Shown here: positions 9,014 to 16,943 of the stretch, piece by piece
Numbering within the stretch: the first letter of the stretch is position 1
How the letters are laid out: every line of letters starts with the position of its first letter
Origin: an uncultured Alphaproteobacteria bacterium
GTDB taxonomy: Bacteria; Pseudomonadota; Alphaproteobacteria; TMED109
DNA: 25,684 bases
Direction of reading: 5' to 3'
Assembly: GCA_964392475.1 (NCBI GenBank)
Contig: CAYMQD010000054.1
Span: forward strand, 1-25,684
Translations under genes and position numbers: made by a program
The notes under the pieces: model-generated
Databases searched by the model: none
The model's input: the letters and a program-made list of their open reading frames with translations, nothing else
What the model was told of the DNA's origin: nothing

Positions 9014-10264
9014 ATGAAAATTATAGTAGTAGGATTGGGTTATGTAGGCCTTCCTTTGGCAGTTAGATTGTCAGAAGCTTATGAAGTAACAGGCTATGAT
9101 ATTAATACAAAAAGAGTCAGTAGTCTTAAAATTGGAAAAGATTATACCGGTGAGATAGAATACGAAACTTTAAGACAGTGTAAACATTTAAAATTTACTT
9201 CAGTTTTTCATGAGATTAAGAATTTTGATACTTATATTATTACTGTTCCCACACCCGTAGATAAAATAAAAAAGCCAGATTTACAACCTCTAGAAAATGC
9301 TTGCGATACAGTAGGAAAAGCTATGCGTAAAGGTTCTCTAGTAATAATAGAGAGTACAGTATATCCAGGAGTGACTGAAAATATCTGTCTTCCAATTTTA
9401 GTTAAATCCTCGGGATTAAAACAACATATTGATTTTAGTATTGCTTATAGTCCAGAGAGAATTAACCCAGGGGATAAAGTGCATAGTGTTGATAAAATAA
9501 CTAAGGTTGTAGCAGGAGATTCGTTAGAAACAACAAAAAAAGTCTCTGAAATTTATAAAGCCGTTATTGGAGCAGGAGTATACGAGGCTTCTAGTATTCA
9601 AGTCGCGGAAGCAGCAAAAGCAATAGAAAACACGCAACGGGATATAAACATAGCATTCGTTAATGAAGTTGCAATGATATGTAAGAACTTAAATATTTCA
9701 GTTCATGATGTGCTTGAAGCAGCAGGTTCAAAGTGGAATTTTTTGCCTTTTAAGCCAGGTCTTGTGGGTGGTCATTGCATAGGTGTTGATCCATATTATT
9801 TGGCTCACATTTCGCAAAAAATGGGTCATGAACCTCAAATGATTTTGGCAGGACGTCGTATTAATGACAGCATGCCAAGTTATATAGCTAATAATATTGC
9901 CAAAAATTTGTCTAAAGGAAGTCGAATTTTACAACTAGGACTTTCTTTTAAGGAAAATGTAAGTGATATAAGAAACTCTAAAGCTGCTGAATTAGCAGGT
10001 ATTTTAAATTCAATGGGTTTTTTAGTAGAAGTTGAAGATCCCTTAGTAGATAAAAACGAAGCTGCTAAAGAATATGACATTGAAATAATTACACCAAAAG
10101 GAAAATATGACTGTATAATTGGCGCTGTATCACATGATGTTTATACTAAAATGTCTTCGAAAAAATTAACAAGTATGCTAATTGAAGGTGGCATCCTTGC
10201 AGATATTAAAGGTATTTGGAGAAAACTTGCTATATCCCCATCCTTTAAAAGATGGGTTTTTTGA
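9014..10264 (+). CDS. wbpO: UDP-N-acetylhexosamine 6-dehydrogenase (WbpO/TviB clade of nucleotide-sugar dehydrogenases)
   Basis: GLGYVGLP Rossmann motif, ESTVYPG, YSPERINPGD, EAAKAIENTQRD, KWNFLPFKPGLVGGHCIGVDPYYL (catalytic Cys) and FKENVSDIRNSK. ATG 9014 is preferred over TTG 9002. Confidence 0.9.
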   Translation: MKIIVVGLGYVGLPLAVRLSEAYEVTGYDINTKRVSSLKIGKDYTGEIEYETLRQCKHLKFTSVFHEIKNFDTYIITVPTPVDKIKKPDLQPLENACDTVGKAMRKGSLVIIESTVYPGVTENICLPILVKSSGLKQHIDFSIAYSPERINPGDKVHSVDKITKVVAGDSLETTKKVSEIYKAVIGAGVYEASSIQVAEAAKAIENTQRDINIAFVNEVAMICKNLNISVHDVLEAAGSKWNFLPFKPGLVGGHCIGVDPYYLAHISQKMGHEPQMILAGRRINDSMPSYIANNIAKNLSKGSRILQLGLSFKENVSDIRNSKAAELAGILNSMGFLVEVEDPLVDKNEAAKEYDIEIITPKGKYDCIIGAVSHDVYTKMSSKKLTSMLIEGGILADIKGIWRKLAISPSFKRWVF

Positions 10265-10301
10265 TTTTTAGTATAAACTCCTGGAGCTAATTATATAGAG
10301 A

Positions 10302-11768
10302 ATGAGTATGATAAAAGCATCAACACCAGCTAGATCAAGATTACAAGACGTTAAAAATCATTTTGATAAATTAGCCTCTGATAGAAATCGTTGGATAAAG
10401 AAAGCTAAATCTTTCTACGAGGAAGATATGATATTTATGCGCGAGTTAATACCAGCGGGTTTAAATATTCTTGAAATAGGTTCTGGTATAGGGAACCTAT
10501 TATCTGGTTTGAATCCGGCTAAAGGTATTGGAGTAGACCTTAGTAACAATATGGTTCAATTATCTTCTAAATACTTTCCTGATTTAGAATTTATTAATGG
10601 AGATATTTCTGACCCTCAAGTCATTAATAAATTAGGAAAAATTTTTGACGCTATAGTAATATCGGATACACTTGGGTTTTTTGAAGATATTGAGAAAACA
10701 TTGGAAGATTTGCATAAGCTTTGCAGATCAGATACTAGGCTTGTAGTTGCTTACTATGCACCAATATGGGAGCCATTACTCAAATTGGCTTCATTACTTG
10801 GGCTAAAGATGCCAAGTAAAACTGCGGCTTTATTAGACGAAAAAGATATATCTTCAATGTTAGATAATTCTGGATATGAGATACTTCGAACAGAGAAAAA
10901 AATTCTAATACCGTTTCGTATGTTTGGAATAGGAAGAATGATAAATAGATTTTTAGCTCCTTTACCTATCTTTTCTCTTTTTTGTATTAGAAATTATGTT
11001 GTTGCTAGATCTTTGGAAGCTTCTAGAAGAGATTTACCTAAGTCAGCTACAGTTGTGATTCCTTGCCGTAATGAAAAAGGTAATATACTGAACGCTTTAG
11101 AGAGACTTCCAAGATTTTGTAACAATATGGAGGTTATATTTGTTGAAGGTCATTCTTCTGATGGAACATGGGAAAAAATACAAAAAACTATTAAAACAGA
11201 AAGGAAATTGATTCAAGGATTAAAAGTCAAAGCAATGCAACAGCCAGGTAAAGGTAAGGCAGATGCAGTGTTTTCTGCATTCGAAAAAGCTAAGGGAGAT
11301 GTATTAATAATATTAGATGGGGATTTAACTGTTCCTCCAGAAGAATTAACAAAGTTTTGGAAAAAAATTTCTTCTGGAAAAGCTGAATACGTTCAAGGAA
11401 CACGTCTAGTTTATCCTATGGAAAAACAGGCGATGAGATTCTTAAATTTTTTAGGCAACAGGTTTTTTTCATTCTTATTTTCTTGGCTTCTTGGACAGAG
11501 ATTTACGGATACGTTATGTGGCACAAAGGTAATCAGAAAACATCATTATTTGGAGGCAACTAAAAGAAATAGTATGTTTGGAAATTTTGATCCATTTGGT
11601 GATTTTTTTTTAATTTTCGGAGCATCACGCTTAAATCTAAAAATAGTTGAAATTCCTATAAGATATCAAGCGCGTGCTTATGGCGAAACGCAAATCTCTC
11701 GGTTTAGACATGGTTTGCTTCTTCTACGCATGGTGATATTTGCTTTTTTTAAAATAAAAGCCATCTAA
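10302..11768 (+). CDS. Bifunctional class I SAM-dependent methyltransferase / GT2 polyprenyl-phosphate glycosyltransferase fusion
   Basis: The N-terminal half has the ILEIGSGIGNLL SAM motif I, GVDLS and FDAIVISD. The C-terminal half has VVIPCRNEKGNI, FVEGHSSDGT, GKGKADAV, LDGDL (DxD), DTLCGTK and EIPIRYQAR, as in DPM/GtrB/ArnC-type GT2 enzymes. Confidence 0.88.
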   Translation: MSMIKASTPARSRLQDVKNHFDKLASDRNRWIKKAKSFYEEDMIFMRELIPAGLNILEIGSGIGNLLSGLNPAKGIGVDLSNNMVQLSSKYFPDLEFINGDISDPQVINKLGKIFDAIVISDTLGFFEDIEKTLEDLHKLCRSDTRLVVAYYAPIWEPLLKLASLLGLKMPSKTAALLDEKDISSMLDNSGYEILRTEKKILIPFRMFGIGRMINRFLAPLPIFSLFCIRNYVVARSLEASRRDLPKSATVVIPCRNEKGNILNALERLPRFCNNMEVIFVEGHSSDGTWEKIQKTIKTERKLIQGLKVKAMQQPGKGKADAVFSAFEKAKGDVLIILDGDLTVPPEELTKFWKKISSGKAEYVQGTRLVYPMEKQAMRFLNFLGNRFFSFLFSWLLGQRFTDTLCGTKVIRKHHYLEATKRNSMFGNFDPFGDFFLIFGASRLNLKIVEIPIRYQARAYGETQISRFRHGLLLLRMVIFAFFKIKAI

Positions 11769-11769
11769 A

Positions 11770-13110
11770 TTGAAAAATCATCTGTTTATATTTGTTTTTG
11801 CTTTAATTATTAGATTAATAAATATCTATTTTCTGGAGCTTGATCCTGCAGTTCACTTATTAGGTGATCAAAATCTATATTGGGATTGGGCTAATAAAGA
11901 TGCCTACTTATATAATAGCACTATTCATCCATCTATTCTTACAGAGCGTATGCCTGGGGCAATATTATTTTTTAAATATATTATTTACTTTTTAGGAGCA
12001 AATCTTTTTTATTTAGTTTTGATCCAATCCCTAATGGATAGTTGCACATGTAATATAATAGCTTTAGCGGCTGGACTCTTAAAAAAATCTTATACTTTGC
12101 CTGCAGGTATTTTGTCAGCTATATGCCCGTTAATGATAATATGCAGTTCACAAATTTTGTCAGAAAGTATAAGTTTATTTTTGCTCTCTCTATTTCTATG
12201 GTTCTCTATTTATTTATATAAGTCTGGTAAATTTTATTTAATTTGTTTAGCAGGATTAATGCTAGGTCTTTTGACCTTTGTTAGGGCCTATACATTTTTA
12301 CTTATAATACCAGCAGCGATAATACTGTCTTTATCTCAAAGGTCTAATGGGTGGTCTTACAAGATGATAGCTTTTGGATTTGTTGCCTTTTTTTTACTAG
12401 CAATAGCTCCTTTGGTTAACAGGTTACATCAAAATATATATCAATATGATACCTATAAATTAACGAGCCAAGCAGGTGTACATATAGCTTATTGGATTTT
12501 ACCCGAAGTTCTTAAAATCTCAAAATCAATAAATAGATCGAAGGCAGTAGAATTTGTTAGGGATAAAGTTGATGAAACCGCTATGTCTAGAACTATATTG
12601 GACAAAGGTTATGGATCGTTAGATTTAAGGAATGTTTATTTTAAAGATGAGAAAAGATTGAAAGTGGCTTATGAAATTCTTATGAAGCAACCTAAATGGA
12701 TTATTTTAAGTGTTTGGATAAAAGGTGCGGTAATAAACTTATTTTCCCCAAGCATTGAAATGGAAGTAAGGATGCAAAAATTGCCTCACCCTTCTTTTAT
12801 AGAAGATAAAAATATTTTAAGTTGGGTTTCTAATATACTATTTAGTTCAAAACTAAATCTATATGGGCTATTAATCTTAGCTGGTAGTTTGTTATCAGTA
12901 GTTGGCGTACTGGTTGCTTTTATGGGTAGTTTAAAACTTTATCTTCTGTTTCCAAAGCTAACTATTATTGGGACGCTATTGATTCTTTATTTTTGTTTAA
13001 TTACAGGGCCTATTTACGGACCAAAATATAGAGTGCCAATTTTACCTTTACTAATTTTTGCACAATCTTCAATATTTTCAAGAGTGAATTTTAAAATTTC
13101 AAATGGATAA
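11770..13110 (+). CDS. Polytopic membrane GT-C glycosyltransferase (ArnT/PMT-like)
   Basis: TTG start; about 10-11 hydrophobic segments. First-loop GDQNLY acidic motif, ERMPG, LSE, VRAY and C-terminal PKYRVP resemble ArnT/PMT-family patterns. Confidence 0.72.
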   Translation: MKNHLFIFVFALIIRLINIYFLELDPAVHLLGDQNLYWDWANKDAYLYNSTIHPSILTERMPGAILFFKYIIYFLGANLFYLVLIQSLMDSCTCNIIALAAGLLKKSYTLPAGILSAICPLMIICSSQILSESISLFLLSLFLWFSIYLYKSGKFYLICLAGLMLGLLTFVRAYTFLLIIPAAIILSLSQRSNGWSYKMIAFGFVAFFLLAIAPLVNRLHQNIYQYDTYKLTSQAGVHIAYWILPEVLKISKSINRSKAVEFVRDKVDETAMSRTILDKGYGSLDLRNVYFKDEKRLKVAYEILMKQPKWIILSVWIKGAVINLFSPSIEMEVRMQKLPHPSFIEDKNILSWVSNILFSSKLNLYGLLILAGSLLSVVGVLVAFMGSLKLYLLFPKLTIIGTLLILYFCLITGPIYGPKYRVPILPLLIFAQSSIFSRVNFKISNG

Positions 13111-13813
13111 AATTAATAATCAAAGACTAACTTGGGAATCTAAAAGGATTTTGAGATTAGTTTACTCAGATATTCATGATAGAATAAAAAAACGCCTTAT
13201 TAAAGGTTCAATTTTAGAAGTTGGCTGTGGTGCAGTAACTCTAAAAGAAAGTATAGAATCAGTAATAACTACAGATTTACAATGCGTTAGTTGGGTGGAT
13301 TTAACTGCTGATGCACATAATCTACCTTTCAGAAATGAAACATTTTCTAATATAGCCTTTGTGGACACTTTACACCATTTAAGATCACCTATCCAATTTT
13401 TAAAAGAGTCTACTAGAGTAATAAATGTGGGAGGAAGAATAGTCATGTCAGAGCCAGCAATAACTCCTATATCTAGACTAATGTATAAATTATTTCATGA
13501 AGAAAGACTAGATTTAGAAGTAGATTTATTTTCTGATGATGTTACAGAGGATTCTCCTTATGATGCTAATCAGGCTATACCAACTATTTTATTTAAAAAT
13601 ATTAAAAAACTTAGAAGTGAAATTCCCAATTTAAGATTTCTTGAAAGAAGTATTTATGGGGTTTTTGTATATCCTATGTCAGGCGGATTTAGAACATGGT
13701 CATTATTACCAAGTATACTATGTATGCCTTTATTAGCTTTAGAGCGATCAGTAGAACCATTTTTAGCCCCTTTATGCGGGTTTAGACAAATATTAGTATT
13801 TGAAAAATACTAA
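13103..13813 (+). CDS. Class I SAM-dependent methyltransferase (Methyltransf_11-like)
   Basis: ILEVGCG motif I, ADAHNLPF, VDTLHHL and GGRIVMSEP. Confidence 0.88.
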   Translation: MDKINNQRLTWESKRILRLVYSDIHDRIKKRLIKGSILEVGCGAVTLKESIESVITTDLQCVSWVDLTADAHNLPFRNETFSNIAFVDTLHHLRSPIQFLKESTRVINVGGRIVMSEPAITPISRLMYKLFHEERLDLEVDLFSDDVTEDSPYDANQAIPTILFKNIKKLRSEIPNLRFLERSIYGVFVYPMSGGFRTWSLLPSILCMPLLALERSVEPFLAPLCGFRQILVFEKY

Positions 13814-14763
13814 TCAAATGGTTTTTGAATACTTTCATAATGAGCTAAAGTTTTAGCTATTCCTGTTTTTAGAGAGATTTTAGGTTCCCAGCCTAAGGCT
13901 TTTATTCGAGAAATATCTAAACGTTTTAAAGGAGTTCCATCTGGTTTATTATGGTCTAATTTTATTTTTACCGGCCAGTTTGCTAGTTTACTAATAAGTG
14001 TTACTAATTCTATTATAGAAATATCTTTACCCGAACCGATATTAATAGGATCTAAACCAAAATAGTTTTTACTCAAAAATATTAAGGCATCGGCCAGGTC
14101 TTCTACGTGCAAAAACTCTCTTCTAGGAGTTCCTGATCCCCATACCGCTATCTCTTGAATATTCTTATTTTTAGCTTCAATAATTTTTCTAATTAATGAT
14201 GCCATTACGTGGCTGTTATCTGGGTGAAAGTTATCTCCTGTGCCATAGAGGTTAGTAGGCATTACTGATATAAAATCAGTTTTATACTGTTTATTAAAAG
14301 CTTGGCACATTTTTAATCCAGCTATTTTTGCTATTGCATAGGATTCGTTTGTGTATTCTAGTATGCCAGATAAAAGTGACTCTTCTTCTATAGGTTGTTT
14401 TGCAAATTTAGGATATATACACGAAGAACCAAGAAATACCAGTCGATCTATTTTAAAAAGATGTGCTCCTTTAATTATATTAGTTGCCATAGCAATATTA
14501 TTATATATAAATTCAGCAGGATATTTGGAATTAGCATATATACCTCCAACTTTTGCAGCTGCTAAAAATATTATATCTATAGACTGTTTAGACATCCAGT
14601 CCCAGGTAGTTTGCTGATTTATTAAATCTAATTTAGATTTTGAAATGGTAATTATTTTGCATTCTTCTTTTTTAAGCTTATTAACTAATGCTTTTCCTAC
14701 CATACCTGTGTGTCCAGCAACCCATATATTTTTATCTTTTAATAAGTAATTCTTGGAGGTCAT
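13810..14763 (-). CDS. fcl: GDP-L-fucose synthase (GDP-4-keto-6-deoxymannose 3,5-epimerase/4-reductase)
   Basis: [31 protein letters not shown] (YxxxK), [20 protein letters not shown] and KPDG; lies directly downstream of gmd with an ATGA overlap. Confidence 0.96.
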   Translation of the reverse strand: MTSKNYLLKDKNIWVAGHTGMVGKALVNKLKKEECKIITISKSKLDLINQQTTWDWMSKQSIDIIFLAAAKVGGIYANSKYPAEFIYNNIAMATNIIKGAHLFKIDRLVFLGSSCIYPKFAKQPIEEESLLSGILEYTNESYAIAKIAGLKMCQAFNKQYKTDFISVMPTNLYGTGDNFHPDNSHVMASLIRKIIEAKNKNIQEIAVWGSGTPRREFLHVEDLADALIFLSKNYFGLDPINIGSGKDISIIELVTLISKLANWPVKIKLDHNKPDGTPLKRLDISRIKALGWEPKISLKTGIAKTLAHYESIQKPFD

Positions 14764-15845
14764 ATTTTTTTGTAGTCCGATATTGTATGTTGGTTTTTAA
14801 CAGCCCTTTGTTTTGCTATTCTTATATCTTCATCAACCATTTCTTCTACTAAGCTTTTAAAGCTTATATTTGGTTCCCATCCAAGAATATTTTTTGCTTT
14901 AGAATAGTTTCCACAAAGAGCATCCACCTCGGTAGGCCTAAAATAACGTGGGTCTACACATATTATTGGTTTGCCAGTAATTGTATTAATACCTTCTTCG
15001 TTAGTGCCAGTTCCTTGCCAAGAAACAGGAATTTTGGCATGTCTGAATGCTATTTCACAAAACTCCCTGACCGAGTGCATTTTACCAGTAGCTAAAACAA
15101 AATCTTCTGGTTTTTCATGTTGTAAAATTTTCCACATTCCTTCCACGTAATCTTTTGCATGCCCCCAGTCTCTTTTAGCATTCAAATTACCTAGCCAAAG
15201 TTTTTCTTGCAATCCATTGCTAATTGCTGCCACAGCTCTAGTAATCTTCCTTGTGACAAAAGTTTCTCCTCTAAGAGGGCTTTCGTGATTAAATAAGATT
15301 CCATTAGAAGCAAAAATATTATATGCATTTCTATAATTAATGGTAACCCAATAGGCATAAAGCTTTGCTACTGCATAAGGGCTTCTAGGTTCAAAATGTG
15401 TAGATTCATCCTGAGGAGGAGAACTATTTCCATATAATTCAGAAGATGAAGCTTGATAAAACCTAACTTTTTTTTCCATATCTAAAATTCTTATAGAATC
15501 AAGGATGCGTAAAGTTCCGAGAGCATCAGAATTCGCTGTATATTCGGGTGTTTCAAAACTAACTTTTACATGACTTTGCGCCCCTAGATTATATATTTCA
15601 TCAGGTTTGACTTGTTGGACTATGCGTATCAGGTTTGTGGCATCTGTCAGATCCCCGTAGTGCATGAAAAACCTAACGCTTCTTTCGTGAGGGTCTTCAT
15701 ATATGCTTTCTACTCTTCCTGTGTTGAAAGATGAAGACCTTCTTTTAATACCATGAACTTCATAATCTTTATCTAATAAAAAAGAAGCTAAATACGCTCC
15801 ATCTTGTCCTGTAATTCCCGTAATGAGTGCGATTTTTCTCTTCAT
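14760..15845 (-). CDS. gmd: GDP-mannose 4,6-dehydratase
   Basis: [78 protein letters not shown] and RDWGHA. Confidence 0.97.
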   Translation of the reverse strand: MKRKIALITGITGQDGAYLASFLLDKDYEVHGIKRRSSSFNTGRVESIYEDPHERSVRFFMHYGDLTDATNLIRIVQQVKPDEIYNLGAQSHVKVSFETPEYTANSDALGTLRILDSIRILDMEKKVRFYQASSSELYGNSSPPQDESTHFEPRSPYAVAKLYAYWVTINYRNAYNIFASNGILFNHESPLRGETFVTRKITRAVAAISNGLQEKLWLGNLNAKRDWGHAKDYVEGMWKILQHEKPEDFVLATGKMHSVREFCEIAFRHAKIPVSWQGTGTNEEGINTITGKPIICVDPRYFRPTEVDALCGNYSKAKNILGWEPNISFKSLVEEMVDEDIRIAKQRAVKNQHTISDYKKI

Positions 15846-15909
15846 AAATTACTCCATTTTCAATCATTTAATCCTTGAAAAAAAAAATCAATAGATCAAG
15901 ATAAAATTT

Positions 15910-16935
15910 TTATTCATTTTTTAAATTTGAACCAATAAAATTATTTAGTTGTATTGCATAAACATTTGCCCAACCATTTCTTTTCAAATGATTTATATCT
16001 CTAAAGGATTTATCACTATAATTTAGGTTATCTGAAAAGTCATAGAAATTAGCTTTTTTACAAGCTTTACCATCCAAATCTAATATTAATTTTTGCCATT
16101 CATTTAATATATTGGCCTTTTTCCAATCATTCCATGTGCTTTGGGGCATGGGTGCCCAGGCAATTAAAAGCTTTGTTTTATTTTCTTCTAAGATTCTACA
16201 TAGCTTAGTAAGTGCTTTTGCTGAGCTTTTTGCCATTATAGGAGGTGCATTAGTTCTAGTTGAAAAATTTATTATTTTTGTATCAGTATCTATGAAAATA
16301 TCCTTGTCTATTTTTTTAGATACTTTTTGATTTCCAAATAGTATATCACCATTTTTATTTCTAATCAGTAATCCTAGTAATGGTAGGACTATTTTTTCGT
16401 TAAACCTTGAAATTGATAAGCTATTATTTTCTTTTAAAAAACTTTTCTTTTCATTGAAAAGAGTTTTGAGAAGTATTCTTTCTTTGTCATTATTAAATAC
16501 ACTGGAAAGATATAGCCTGCGGGCTTCTTTCTCAGGAGAAAATCCAATAAATTCAGGACTCGAGGCTATAATAACTACATTTGGTTGTTGGTTTTTTTTA
16601 ATATATCTCTCGTATAGGAGTAATACTCCTATAATACCATTTGCCATGTTTGTAGTTAAGTTAGTAACCTTTCCTTCATGAGAAAGGTCGTAAACTGTAG
16701 CTATGTCTTGAGTAACGCTATCGCCAAAAAGAACTACATTTGAATTTATTGGTTTTGAATTTTCTAGTTTATGCACAAGATTATCAAGTGGGTGCCTTAA
16801 GGGACGTGTGTTTTTTAGGCTTAGTGCAAAAATTTCAATGGTTATTAATAATACAAATATGGATATTGGAACTTGAAAAAATATAAACTTTTTCCAAGAA
16901 CGTATGTTTTTATTTTCAGAATGTAATTTTTGCAA
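15910..16935 (-). CDS. Membrane-anchored SGNH-fold acyltransferase/hydrolase, DltD/AlgJ-like
   Basis: TTG start; single N-terminal TM segment. Block I FGDS (16717-16725) and C-terminal DINHLKRNGW (15970-15999) match the D-x-x-H-L-x-x-x-G-W spacing of DltD. Lies directly downstream of an MBOAT gene. Confidence 0.75.
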   Translation of the reverse strand: MQKLHSENKNIRSWKKFIFFQVPISIFVLLITIEIFALSLKNTRPLRHPLDNLVHKLENSKPINSNVVLFGDSVTQDIATVYDLSHEGKVTNLTTNMANGIIGVLLLYERYIKKNQQPNVVIIASSPEFIGFSPEKEARRLYLSSVFNNDKERILLKTLFNEKKSFLKENNSLSISRFNEKIVLPLLGLLIRNKNGDILFGNQKVSKKIDKDIFIDTDTKIINFSTRTNAPPIMAKSSAKALTKLCRILEENKTKLLIAWAPMPQSTWNDWKKANILNEWQKLILDLDGKACKKANFYDFSDNLNYSDKSFRDINHLKRNGWANVYAIQLNNFIGSNLKNE

Positions 16936-16943
16936 TTTTTTGC

